This document shows, piece by piece, positions 49,628 through 59,704 of a stretch of 64,000 nt of DNA (its first letter is position 1; every line of letters begins with the position of its first letter). The notes below the pieces were generated by a model. It worked only from the letters and a program-made list of their open reading frames with translations. It was not told where the DNA came from and searched no databases. The position numbers were made by a program, and so were the translations under genes. The stretch is taken from positions 14,387 through 78,386 of the forward strand of contig CATMOE010000010.1 of assembly GCA_950072105.1 (NCBI GenBank). Reading direction: 5' to 3'. This stretch comes from an uncultured Dehalococcoidia bacterium (GTDB taxonomy: Bacteria > Chloroflexota > Dehalococcoidia > Lucifugimonadales > UBA3495).

Positions 49628-50131
49628 GTGACTGTGGCCGAAGCCGAAGACCACTCGGATATGACCCCCATATCGCGTCCCGCGGCGCGGGTGGTGTTGA
49701 TCGACGCCAAGGACCGGTGCCTGTTGTTTAGGTGGAAACCTCCCAACGTATGGATCACGCTGGGCGGTGGATTGGAGGCGAGCGAGACTTACGAACAGGC
49801 TGCGCTACGGGAGCTATGGGAGGAAACCGGGCTAACCGGTGTCGAATTGGGACCTTGGGTTTGGAGCCGTACCACCGTTTTCAAATGGCGGGGCGTGCTA
49901 TACGAGGCACACGAGCAGTTTTATCTCATCCGTGTCCAGGAGCATACCGTATCCTTGGACGGTCTTGACTCCGTAGAAGTCGAGGAAATGACCGAGTATA
50001 AGTGGTGGTCCACCGAAGAAATCCTGGCCGCCAAGGATGTGGAGACGTTCGCCTCAAGAAGGCTGGGCGAGCTTTTACCGCCATTGATCGCCGGGAAAAT
50101 CCCACCAGTCCCCATAGAAACCGGCACGTAA
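49628..50131 (+). CDS. NUDIX hydrolase
   Basis: GGGLEASETYEQAALRELWEETG Nudix box. Confidence 0.9.
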   Translation: MTVAEAEDHSDMTPISRPAARVVLIDAKDRCLLFRWKPPNVWITLGGGLEASETYEQAALRELWEETGLTGVELGPWVWSRTTVFKWRGVLYEAHEQFYLIRVQEHTVSLDGLDSVEVEEMTEYKWWSTEEILAAKDVETFASRRLGELLPPLIAGKIPPVPIETGT

Positions 50132-50211
50132 ATCAACGGATCTTCACTGCGTAGCTCATCCTTTTCTGTCCGCCCCATCACAACCACGCCCCGGTGTCCC
50201 TCGCCCTCTCC

Positions 50212-50997
50212 CTACAACCCCAACCGCCGCACCAGTTCCTCGGCCGTGACCGTGGTTCCGCTTAGGCCCTTAGCGTCCTGGGCGGCTAGGTACTTGGCGG
50301 CTTTGACCATGTCGGCGGGGGTGGCCCAGGTCGATATGTCGGCGTCGGGGCGCTGGGCTAGGAAGCCCTCGGTGACCACCGGACGCAGGGGCTTTAATAC
50401 GTTGACCGAGATGTTGTAGGGTCCCAACTCGGCCGCCAGACCCCAGGTGAATCGCTCCAGCCCTACTTTGGCGGCGCCGTAATTCTGGCCGATCAGGGCG
50501 ATGTCCGTGCTGTCGGCCGACAGGGTGGAAGAAAATATGTTGGTGGCCGCGTGAGAAGAGATGTTGATGATGCTGCCGCCGCCCTGTTCAATCATAATAG
50601 GGACCACCGACTTGCAGGCGATGAATGGCGCGCGCAGGTCGATGTCCATGACCAAGTCCCACTCCTTAACCGTCATCTCCAGGAAAGGTGTGTAGCTGGC
50701 GATGGCGGCGTTGTTGATCAGCACATCCACCGCCCCGAATTCGTCAAGAGTACGGTTCACCATGTGGCGGATGCTGTCCACTTCCCGCACGTTGGTGGGT
50801 ATCGCCAGGGCTTTACCGCCGGCGTCTTCAATTTCTCCCACGGTGGAATGGATGGTGCCCGGCAACATGGGGCGCGATTCCTCGGACCGGGCAGCCACCA
50901 CCACGTAGGCGCCTTCTTCCGCCAAGCCTAACGCCATCGCCTTGCCGATACCCCGGCTGGAACCAGTAACGATGACAACTTTTTCCGCTAAAGACAT
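50212..50997 (-). CDS. Short-chain dehydrogenase/reductase
   Basis: TGSSRGIG, NNAA, YGAAK. Confidence 0.92.
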   Translation of the reverse strand: MSLAEKVVIVTGSSRGIGKAMALGLAEEGAYVVVAARSEESRPMLPGTIHSTVGEIEDAGGKALAIPTNVREVDSIRHMVNRTLDEFGAVDVLINNAAIASYTPFLEMTVKEWDLVMDIDLRAPFIACKSVVPIMIEQGGGSIINISSHAATNIFSSTLSADSTDIALIGQNYGAAKVGLERFTWGLAAELGPYNISVNVLKPLRPVVTEGFLAQRPDADISTWATPADMVKAAKYLAAQDAKGLSGTTVTAEELVRRLGL

Positions 50998-51099
50998 CCT
51001 GCCGTCCTGTGGCCAAGACCCAACCGCACGACTCCTGCCCTGACCGTACTAAGGTTGTTTCCACTAAAGATCAGAACTGTAACCCGGCTTTGCTACCCT

Positions 51100-51411
51100 C
51101 TACTTTTCAGCCTGGTATGCAAGACGGATCTGGTAGCTGCTGAACTCGCCATGACCCATGATGTAATCCGTGGGAGGCCCCGAGTGGGCTTGCTTGAAGC
51201 TATCGCTACGAAGCCACTGGTTATGATGCTCCTCCGACTCCCAACGGCTGACCACTAGATATTCCTCGTGCTCTGAGTCGCCTTCTTGCCGCCACAACTC
51301 GAAATCCACGAATCCAGGCTCCCGAGCGACTTCACCCCGGCTACGAAACAACTCTTCCAGTTCCTTGCCGTATCCCTTTTTAATCTTGATACGGTTGGTC
51401 CCTACGAACAT
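51100..51411 (-). CDS. Antibiotic biosynthesis monooxygenase family protein (IsdG-like)
   Basis: MF..TNR, PGF..F, V.S.WES, W..SDSF..AH. Confidence 0.85.
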   Translation of the reverse strand: MFVGTNRIKIKKGYGKELEELFRSRGEVAREPGFVDFELWRQEGDSEHEEYLVVSRWESEEHHNQWLRSDSFKQAHSGPPTDYIMGHGEFSSYQIRLAYQAEK

Positions 51412-51595
51412 ATCTTCAACTCCTCTTCCAGAAACCTGTACCAACGAAGCGGCCCTATGACATTCGGACGTTGACCGCCGCCGGCCACAATGGCTAATAT
51501 AGTAATCCCAATCCCCTTAGAAACAGGCCGTTGGTCCATTGACTCGAGACTGTGGACACCGGCCTGTTTCTTTTTCACCTCGTCCTGGATCCGAG

Positions 51596-51662
51596 TCCTT
51601 CGACGAGCTCAGGACGAACAGAGGGGAACCCCGCACCGTTCGGGGTGAGCTCGTCGAACCAC
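51596..51662. repeat. Dispersed palindromic element, copy 3 of 3
   Basis: TTCGACGAGCTCA...TGAGCTCGTCGAA with changes in both arms. Confidence 0.8.
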
Positions 51663-51689
51663 GTCCCATGGCTTGCGCCAACAAGGCCT

Positions 51690-53696
51690 CTAGTTGTCAG
51701 CGGCCTGGACCGCGGCAGCCCGCCCCACGAAAACGTCGTACAGATCCCCGGCGAGCTCCATCACCGTAGCCAGGTCTTCTTGCAGCAGATACGCTTCATC
51801 CAACAACGATCGAGCCGCTTCATCAATCTTGTTCAAGTAACCCTCTTTGGATGCGTAGCGCTCCTCGATAGAAAGGCGGGGGTCTCCCGAAGCCTCCCGG
51901 TCTTCAGCCTTGGCCGGGAAGGGGATGGTAGACCCCTTCAGAGTGCCGCCCGAGGCCCCGCCTGTCGACATGATTTCGCCGTTGCCTCCGATATCGGCGT
52001 GGCGCAGGTTCCAACCGGTGTACGTCGCCAGAGGGACCGTGATGAAAGGCATCAATATGCCGGAGGTCTCGTTGCCGTCCCCGTCGACGGCGGACACCAG
52101 GTTCGGGTAGAGATTGCCTACCACCGGGGGGACCTTGGTTGGTACACCGGGGTCCGTGCCGAAGTCCAAGCGGGTAAACCGGCGTAGATGGACCGGCGGT
52201 TCAACACCTGGGATCGATGTCAATGTTTTCAACGCGGTTTCCGGGGAAACGGCGGTGCCATCGGAAATCTTAGGGTATCGGCTGGGGGGCGCGGGGTGTC
52301 CTGACGTGACCCAACGGTCTAGATTGACCAAGGCCGCCCGGAGCAGCGACCGATAGTCCAGGCAGTGATACAGCCGCTGGGTTCGTACGCCTTCAGCGTC
52401 TGTGTCGGTCAGTGGAAGGCCTCCTAAAGAGTGCTGCATTCCCCCCAAGATGTAGATCCGCACGGCCTCGGGCGGATCCATATCATGGCTACCGGTCAGG
52501 TCGGTGTGCACCAACGCGCCGTGGCCGCCCCAGTACTCGGATGGAGTGCTCACGTACATAATCTTGGGCAGCGGCCCTTGGACGGTCAACCGGGACAACA
52601 GGCCGTCGGTGATCCCGGTCTCCGGGTCGGTCTGTTCCGCGTCGCTGAAAGGGAACAAGCTATTTGTGCTTCGGCTGGCCTGGCTGGAGGGTTGGGCGAA
52701 TCGCTGGTTGAACTCGCCCCGCTTGCCCCCGGCCACGTGGGGAATAAAACCGTCGAATACCGTGCGGCCTTCCTGGTCCCGGTTCACTGCCAGATGGAGA
52801 AACTGGCGCAGCCACCGGCCGGTCTGGGACACACCGAATGCATAGGCATGCTCCACGTCTCCGGCGCACGGGTTCCCGCTGTCCGCGGAACCCTGTTTCA
52901 GAAAGGACACGATGTCCCGGGTGGCCAGATGGCCTAGCCCAACCACGGGGGCGCCGGTGGTGGTGTACCTTACCTGGTAAACCTTGCCTGGAATAAACCC
53001 GGATTCCATGTAGATGTGCGAGGCGTTGGGCGCGCGGCGCCCGTCTTCCAACCGGGCGAAGGCCCATTCTTCACGGGGAATGACCCGTTCCTCCCCATCC
53101 TCATGGTCTTGGACGGTGAGCACCGAGTCCCAGCTCTCAAGATTATTGGCCGGATAGGGCCGGTGTGCTCTATCGGAAAGATACTGAACCTGAGCCGGGG
53201 CGTTGATCTGGAAGGTGACCACTATCTCGCCGGAAACCGGACCGTCGGCAGTCCTGGCTTCGGGAAGCCGGGCCCGCAGCACTCCCGGCACGTCGGGAAC
53301 ATCGTGCTGCCAGCCGCACCAAACCACCGTATATCCCTGCCGCATCAGAAACCCATTACCGGGGTTCGGCGGAGCGTCTGGGGCAACCTCTGGGGCGCTG
53401 TTGATGTTTCTCAAGGCCGTCGCTTTGCCCCGGTTGGGCACGTCCAACAGCACACGGTGATTCCCTTTGGCCGGGTCCACCGGCACGAGGATGCGAAAGT
53501 CGGAGGAGAAAATCACCTGTCCCTGGGCGTCTACCGACGCCAGCTCCAAGTCGGCGATCCCCTGGTTAGCCGGATGGGCAGGGTCGATGGCGAAGTCAAC
53601 AACTCCTTCCAATTGCTCGTAGGCCCCGGTGTTTCCAAACACCTGTCCTTCGGCAAACGGCTTCCGGTTATTAATCTCAAATCTGGTCACTGGCAT
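51690..53696 (-). CDS. Alpha/beta hydrolase domain protein
   Basis: DVPNRG, GWQ.D, GVSQTG nucleophile elbow, VD.DGNE..GI, P.ATYTGWN, SIEERY. Confidence 0.85.
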   Translation of the reverse strand: MPVTRFEINNRKPFAEGQVFGNTGAYEQLEGVVDFAIDPAHPANQGIADLELASVDAQGQVIFSSDFRILVPVDPAKGNHRVLLDVPNRGKATALRNINSAPEVAPDAPPNPGNGFLMRQGYTVVWCGWQHDVPDVPGVLRARLPEARTADGPVSGEIVVTFQINAPAQVQYLSDRAHRPYPANNLESWDSVLTVQDHEDGEERVIPREEWAFARLEDGRRAPNASHIYMESGFIPGKVYQVRYTTTGAPVVGLGHLATRDIVSFLKQGSADSGNPCAGDVEHAYAFGVSQTGRWLRQFLHLAVNRDQEGRTVFDGFIPHVAGGKRGEFNQRFAQPSSQASRSTNSLFPFSDAEQTDPETGITDGLLSRLTVQGPLPKIMYVSTPSEYWGGHGALVHTDLTGSHDMDPPEAVRIYILGGMQHSLGGLPLTDTDAEGVRTQRLYHCLDYRSLLRAALVNLDRWVTSGHPAPPSRYPKISDGTAVSPETALKTLTSIPGVEPPVHLRRFTRLDFGTDPGVPTKVPPVVGNLYPNLVSAVDGDGNETSGILMPFITVPLATYTGWNLRHADIGGNGEIMSTGGASGGTLKGSTIPFPAKAEDREASGDPRLSIEERYASKEGYLNKIDEAARSLLDEAYLLQEDLATVMELAGDLYDVFVGRAAAVQAADN

Positions 53697-53891
53697 CGCT
53701 TACCTCCAGGTGGACCGTATATTTCTTCTAGCTTTATTTTTTCGGGGGTTATTATCGCACTCATTTGGGCACTGACCGCATGATACCGACAGCCATTAAC
53801 CCTGGCAAGCTTCATCGCCCTGGCCCGGACGATCCCGCCGATCCAGTCTGCTACAATTCCTGGGTCCGAAATTCTGGGGGAGGTAGCGGAA

Positions 53892-54278
53892 ATGCCACTG
53901 GAACGTTTTAACCCTGAGGGATTAGCCCAACCGGGTGGTTACCACCACGTTGTTAAGGACGGCAACACGATCTACGTTGCGGGTCAGGTGAGCCGGGACA
54001 AGGAAGGCAAAACCGTCGGCGTGGGTGACGCCGCCGCCCAGGCCGAACAGATATTCAGCAATGTTCAAGAGGCGCTTGAAGCGGCGGGCAGCGACATGAA
54101 CCACATCAAGAAGCTCAACGTTTTCATGACACATCGGGAGGACATTCCAGCCTACCGGGTGGCCAGGGGGAAGTTCATTTCCGACGATGCCCTTCCGGTG
54201 AGCACACTTATATTGTGCGCGGGGTTGGCCGACCCAGACTTTCGCATGGAGATTGAAGTGATCGCCTCGGTCAGCTAG
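53892..54278 (+). CDS. RidA/YjgF family protein
   Basis: IYVAGQV, R..F, PVSTL...GLA.P...EIE. Confidence 0.9.
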   Translation: MPLERFNPEGLAQPGGYHHVVKDGNTIYVAGQVSRDKEGKTVGVGDAAAQAEQIFSNVQEALEAAGSDMNHIKKLNVFMTHREDIPAYRVARGKFISDDALPVSTLILCAGLADPDFRMEIEVIASVS

Positions 54279-54394
54279 ATCAACGCGCTAGGTCCGCGGT
54301 CATGCCGACCCGTGCGCCGCGCCAATCCGGCGGTCAAGTACATAAATTTAGCATCCATCATTGCGGCTTGGCCGACAGTAAAGGGAGGTTTTTA

Positions 54395-54967
54395 ATGGTT
54401 ACCAAAACCGACCCCAACGAGATCCTTCTCACCGGCGAAAATAACTATATGCGCCTTCACGATGAGGAAGGCGGGCCCATGACAACCCGTGCCGGCCACT
54501 GGCGCGTCCTCCTATCCCCAAGTGGGGCGGGGCACGTGTTGTTTCTTCGAAGCGACCTAACCGGAGACGAGAAGCGCATCTATTCCGACAACATAGCCAT
54601 GGCCCGCTGGTTGCAACGGGAGATATCCAACACCGGGGAATTCGCCGACCTGACCATTCCGGTGATCGACGCCGTATTCAGCAGGACCGGGGACACGACC
54701 TACTTCTGGACCGAGCATATCGACACCGACGAAGAGACCATCACCATGACCTGGTTCGACTTTGGCGAGCCATTCGGAATCGGTGTGCCACCGGGCAGCA
54801 ACCCGGACCGTCCCCTGGGCTGGACCGCCGTGTTCGTTCCCGCCCGGCAAGCCCAGTTGACCCTGAACGGTGTCGTGGCGTCGGGACGTCCATTCCCAGA
54901 GGTACGGGACCAGCGAACCAGCAGCACGGCCGGGCTCGCATTGTCGGAGACCTGGGTACGTCCCTAA
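54395..54967 (+). CDS. Hypothetical protein
   Basis: Strong SD GGGAGG before ATG 54395; protein-like composition. Confidence 0.7.
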   Translation: MVTKTDPNEILLTGENNYMRLHDEEGGPMTTRAGHWRVLLSPSGAGHVLFLRSDLTGDEKRIYSDNIAMARWLQREISNTGEFADLTIPVIDAVFSRTGDTTYFWTEHIDTDEETITMTWFDFGEPFGIGVPPGSNPDRPLGWTAVFVPARQAQLTLNGVVASGRPFPEVRDQRTSSTAGLALSETWVRP

Positions 54968-55113
54968 GCCCGGATATCCCTACAATCGCCTCGGATAGGG
55001 CATTATGCGCACGCTCGCAGACATGCCGGTAAACGGAGTCGTGCTAACATTAAGTGGAGACTGCCGCGGTTCACAGGTATCATCGCGGAAAAACCGGTTT
55101 CGTGTAGGAAATA

Positions 55114-55611
55114 ATGGGAAGCACCATAGCCGCCATGCTGATCCTGGTCCTATTGTTAACCGTTATCACGTTGATAGGCCGGACCACCATCGTCACCAGC
55201 GAGGTCATGGAGCGCACCAGAACAGCTGCTCTCAACCGGGCTACGGAACGCGCCAAGACCAACTTTAGCATCGAAAGCGTAACGGCCAACGGTACCGCTA
55301 TAAGACTGGTGCTCAAAAACACCGGATCTACTTCGGCAACCGACTTTGCTCACATGGACTTCATCGCCGATTATGTCGGCGGAGGATCGACCATTAGCAA
55401 ACGGCTAACTTACACGGAAGGCCTGCTGGGAGCCGATCAATGGAGGAAGACTTTTATCTCGCCAGACAATCTTGAAAAGGACGTCTGGAATGAAACGGAG
55501 ACTTTAACGCTGGATGCCAGGTTGACAACGTCCACGGACGTATCTACCACTGCGACGGTTGCCGTGGGGACTCCGGATGGCCAGTCTCTGTCATCACGGC
55601 TGATCCTATAA
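55114..55611 (+). CDS. Archaellum accessory ArlF/ArlG (FlaF/FlaG)-like protein
   Basis: N-terminal hydrophobic helix, then LKNTGS, D....Y, W.....WN.TETLTL, V.TPDG pattern of the archaellin-fold domain. Confidence 0.6.
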   Translation: MGSTIAAMLILVLLLTVITLIGRTTIVTSEVMERTRTAALNRATERAKTNFSIESVTANGTAIRLVLKNTGSTSATDFAHMDFIADYVGGGSTISKRLTYTEGLLGADQWRKTFISPDNLEKDVWNETETLTLDARLTTSTDVSTTATVAVGTPDGQSLSSRLIL

Positions 55612-56561
55612 ACGACACTCTTGAGTTCGATGTCGTCAAAGGCAAAACCGCAAAAATAATTTCTATCGCAGCTGACGTGTACGTCATAGCCTATACGGGG
55701 GATACCGACGACGGATTCCTGAAGACGGTTCAGATCGCCGGCAGCGGCGAGATCGGGAATGAAGAAATCGACTCCTTTGAGTTCGATGTTGTCAAAGGCA
55801 AGACCCCCGATATTATTCCTATCTCAGGTGATGTCTATGCCATCGCTTATGCGGAGGACGGCGACGATGGACGATTGATCACGGTGACGATCGCCAACGA
55901 CGGTCAGATTACGGAAGCCATAATCGACTCCGTCGAGTTCGATAATGCCAAAGGCAAGACTCCCAACATTATTCATATCTCAGGTAACGTGTACGCCATA
56001 GCCTATGCGGGGGACGGCGACGATGGGTGGCTGATAACTGGTACCATCACCGCCGCCGGTCAGATTACGGATACGCTGATTGACTCTCTGGAGTTCGATC
56101 CCGTGAAAGGCAAAACTCCCAACATTATTCCTATCTCAGGTAATGTTTATGCGATAGCCTATGCGGGAGATCTCGACGATGGGTTCCTGATAACCGTTAC
56201 CATTGCTACCGACGGTCAGATAACAGATACAGTGATCGACACCCTGGAGTTCGATACGTCACAAGGCAAGACTCCCAACATAATTCCCATCTCAGGTGAT
56301 GTGTATGCCATCGCCTATGCCGGAAATGCCGACGCTGGGTCACTGAAAACGGTTACGATAGCAACTGACGGCCAAATCACGGATCCAGTGATCGACACCC
56401 TGGAATTCGATTCTGCCAAAGGGAAGACCCCCAATATAATTCCGGTCTCGGGTGATGTGTACGCCATAGCCTATGCGGGGAATGGCGACGATGGATTCCT
56501 GAAAACGCTTACGATAGCCACCGACGGTCAGATCACGGATCCAGTGATCGACACCTTGGAG
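55590..56561 (+). repeat. Coding tandem repeat, 6 x 156 bp (52 aa), truncated; includes ORF 55677-56666
   Basis: EFD codons at 55623, 55779, 55935, 56091, 56247, 56403 and a broken seventh at 56559; unit EFD..KGKTPNIIPISGDVYAIAYAGD.DDG.L.TVTIA.DGQITD..IDTL. Confidence 0.9.
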
Positions 56562-56766
56562 TGCCATCTGCTGTTTTCGCATCGGTTGGATAGATCGGGT
56601 TTGCGGCATGCCGGGATGTGGCCGGGTAACCCGTGTGGACCACCTCGTCGTTCATCCCGAACATAGGGACCGGCCGAACGAGAAATCTTCTGGCGCTATG
56701 TCCTCCAATACCCGGATTGGAAAAAGGAGGAGTATCTGATGGGGGAGAGCGTATACATTCTGCTGT

Positions 56767-57108
56767 TTGAATCTGGCTGGATGGGTGCGAAGCCAGAATC
56801 AATCGGAATGGGTGGTCCGCTTTTTCATCGGCTCCGACCACCTAGAGGGAGCCCGGCTGCTTACCCGGAAGGGCATAAGCGGACTCCGGGCGGAACTGCA
56901 CTGTCAGCGGCCCATAAAGAAACAACCCGATCTTCCGTCTAACTTGGTGATCGCGTTCCACTGCAACTGCGGGCATGAATGGGTTCCCGTCTTCGGTGCT
57001 CAGAAAGTCGTGTCCAGGGTGATGCGCGTCCAGCGCCCGGCCATCTGCCCAAGTTGCAAGAGCCCGGACTGGGATAAGCCTCCCCGAGAGAAAAAGGGCA
57101 AGTACTAA
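56767..57108 (+). CDS. Hypothetical protein or remnant with C-terminal zinc ribbon
   Basis: CNCGHEWVP...CPSCKSPDWDKP; start uncertain. Confidence 0.45.
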   Translation: MNLAGWVRSQNQSEWVVRFFIGSDHLEGARLLTRKGISGLRAELHCQRPIKKQPDLPSNLVIAFHCNCGHEWVPVFGAQKVVSRVMRVQRPAICPSCKSPDWDKPPREKKGKY

Positions 57109-57170
57109 AAAGCGGTACCGCCACTCCTAGCTCCGCAAAATCCCCCACGATCTGGCTCCCTGCCCAGCAC

Positions 57171-57968
57171 TCAGTAGTGGATGGCCCGTCCTGACCCCCC
57201 AGCGACGGCTATGGCGTCCCCATTGATAGCGATCGACTTTGGGGATGCTAGGAAAGCAACCACATGGGCGATCTCCCGGGCGTCGATGATCCGGCGCACC
57301 GAAATCCCTTGGGCCATACGCTCCTCCGCCTCAGCTTCAGTGATTCCCTGTTGCCTAGCGGCTTCGGCCACCATACCGGCGGTCCGCTCCGTACGGGTTA
57401 ACCCAGGGTGCACCACGGTGACATTGATGCCAAGAGGCCCCAGTTCGTCGGCCAGGTTCTTGGTCATTGCCGCCACGGCCACGTTCCTCATACTGCCCAC
57501 CACGTTGCCCGACTGCCGCGCCGCCAGACCGCTGATGTTGATAATGCGCCCCCAACCCTGCTGTTGCATGTAGGGCGCTACTTCCTTGGCGCACCGCAAA
57601 TAACCCAGGACCTTGGTGTTCATGTCCTCGAAAAAATACTCTTCGGTAATCTCGGCAAGCTTGGGCGCGGGTCCTCCGCCCACGCGAGCGGCCCCGTTCA
57701 CCAGGATGTCCAGGTGTCCCAACTCAGCCACTGCTTTCTTAACCATGGCTTGGATAGACTCCTCACTACTCGTGTCAACGGAGATTGGGACGAAGCGCCG
57801 GCCCGTTTCCGCGGCCAACTCCTTAGCCGTTTCCTCCAACGCCTCCATGCCCCGGGAGGCGATGGCCACGTCGACGCCCTCCCGGCCTAGCTCACGGGCA
57901 ACGGCCTTGCCAATGCCCCGGCTCCCCCCGGTGATCAGTGCGGTTTTCCCAGCTAATTCCAAGTCCAT
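57171..57968 (-). CDS. Short-chain dehydrogenase/reductase, atypical (no YxxxK)
   Basis: TGGSRGIG, GRIINISG, SMRN in place of the catalytic Tyr motif, HPG.T.T. Confidence 0.88.
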   Translation of the reverse strand: MDLELAGKTALITGGSRGIGKAVARELGREGVDVAIASRGMEALEETAKELAAETGRRFVPISVDTSSEESIQAMVKKAVAELGHLDILVNGAARVGGGPAPKLAEITEEYFFEDMNTKVLGYLRCAKEVAPYMQQQGWGRIINISGLAARQSGNVVGSMRNVAVAAMTKNLADELGPLGINVTVVHPGLTRTERTAGMVAEAARQQGITEAEAEERMAQGISVRRIIDAREIAHVVAFLASPKSIAINGDAIAVAGGSGRAIHY

Positions 57969-58103
57969 AGTCTCACTCCTATGCGTTGTTTTTGCTGTTA
58001 GTCGCAACCGTGCCTACGGCGACAGAAGCCAATTTGAAAGTGTATGCACCGTCCGGCTCCTTGGCAAGCGCCGGCGGAATTTGGACAACGTGTCAGTTAG
58101 ACT

Positions 58104-58340
58104 CCCGTCATTCCAGCACAGTCCGGAATCCAGAAACTTTCCCAAGAGCGGCGTACCTGGACCCCGGCCTACGCCGGGGTGATGGGCTTTTCTGAAGGAG
58201 GAGATCAAGCTAAGGCCGTGCTTGGCTGGGGGGAGACGCCCCCGTGTATTCCCCTGCGCCCGTCATTCCGGCGCAGGCTGGAAACCACGGTCGGTTGGCA
58301 ACCTTTTGCTACCTGGACACTGGTTTTCCCCGGTGTGACG
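58104..58340. repeat. Two degenerate REP-like inverted pairs
   Basis: CGTCATTCC...GGAATCCAG / CTGGACCCCGG...CCGGGGTGA at 58104-58186 and 58261-58340. Confidence 0.7.
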
Positions 58341-58380
58341 TTTGAGGTCCTCCTTCCTTGGCAGTAGTCGGTAACGCTGC

Positions 58381-59517
58381 CTATTCCTGGACCACGTCAC
58401 GACTGTTGTTGTCTAGCACGTTGTCTTCTATGGAAATCTGTTGACCCTTCCCAACAACAACCGCGCATTCCCGTGAACCCTTGATATCGTTCCGGACAAC
58501 ACTAGTGATTTGGCCAAGCTCTCCCGGCCGGTCGCTCCATAACCGGACGCCGTTCCGGTTTCCCTCAATGTTGTTGCCCTGAATGTTATTTCGGTTGCCG
58601 GAGTCTACAGCGATCCCATCAAGTCGATTGCCCCTTATCCGGTTATCTCTCACGACGGTGTCGCTGGAGAAGCCAAACCAGAAACCATAGTTCGAGAAGT
58701 CGGCAACGTTTTCCTCGAAGACGTTGTGCTGGGAGAAACCCGCTTCAAAGGCATTGTTAGGCGAAAAACTGGCGTAGTTGCGGGCGATATAGTTGTGGTC
58801 GCAGCTGTGCCCGTTGTTAGCCCTGATGAAAAAGCCGTCGCCGCTGTAGCGCAAGCTGTTGCCGGTGATCCGGTTGTGGTGAGAATGCTCTTCCAACAGA
58901 ATCCCGGCCGAGTCGGCAGTGTCGCACCAGAACCGTCCGGTGTAGCGGATGCAATGATTGGCCTGGTTGTCCTCCACCACATTGTGGCCGGACCCAAGCA
59001 AGTGGATGCCCAGGTTGCCGCTGTAGGACGCGTTGTTCCCGGCGATCCGGTTACGCTCGGACCGCACCAGGCTCAGTCCGTTGAAATTGTTGTTCAATAG
59101 GTTTCCCTGGATGACGCTGTCAAACACCCGGAGAAGGTAGATCCCGGCGCCGAAACCCTCTTCCATGGGATCGTCGGCATCGGGCAGCCACTCTACATCA
59201 GTGGGGTTATGGTTGTCCGAGACCACACAGTTTTCGATATTCAGATTTTCAACGTTGACCGCCCGGATGCCCACGTAAAATCCCTTCACCATTCCGTTTT
59301 TGATGGTGACATCCCGGCAGTCATGCACGTAGATCCCGGCGTTGATCATGTTCTCACCGTCTAGGACCGAGCCGTTGAGGTTCACCATGACGCCGTCTGT
59401 CGATACTTCCAACAGGCAGGAATCAGATGGATGATAGTCTCCGCTAGGCCTCCCGTGCAGCACCGGGTTGGCCGCGGTATACCGGTCCGGGTTTAGGATG
59501 ATCTCCGGCATGCTCAA
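58381..59517 (-). CDS. Right-handed parallel beta-helix protein (NosD/pectin lyase-like)
   Basis: Repeated GI.L....N.I.GN....N turns. Confidence 0.85.
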   Translation of the reverse strand: MSMPEIILNPDRYTAANPVLHGRPSGDYHPSDSCLLEVSTDGVMVNLNGSVLDGENMINAGIYVHDCRDVTIKNGMVKGFYVGIRAVNVENLNIENCVVSDNHNPTDVEWLPDADDPMEEGFGAGIYLLRVFDSVIQGNLLNNNFNGLSLVRSERNRIAGNNASYSGNLGIHLLGSGHNVVEDNQANHCIRYTGRFWCDTADSAGILLEEHSHHNRITGNSLRYSGDGFFIRANNGHSCDHNYIARNYASFSPNNAFEAGFSQHNVFEENVADFSNYGFWFGFSSDTVVRDNRIRGNRLDGIAVDSGNRNNIQGNNIEGNRNGVRLWSDRPGELGQITSVVRNDIKGSRECAVVVGKGQQISIEDNVLDNNSRDVVQE

Positions 59518-59704
59518 CCCACTCTATCAGGCCGGTTTGCCAGGGTTTCCAAGGCATTTCCCCGACGGGAACTCTTGGCCGAGACGTCGATTCTAACATG
59601 GCATACACGTTCTGGTTTGACCCGCCTCCGAGACTACGAATACAATAAACACCGTTACGGATCACGGTCTACAGGTTCTTCCAGCGAACTGGGTTGAAAA
59701 TACA

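Noticed and set aside
55623..56561. Repeat array as CRISPR
   Set aside because: Contiguous in-frame 156-bp coding units with no unique spacers and no cas genes.
56637..56646. GGACCACCTC matching the IS3 terminus
   Set aside because: Only 10 bp, lacks the terminal CA and flanking similarity; probably chance.
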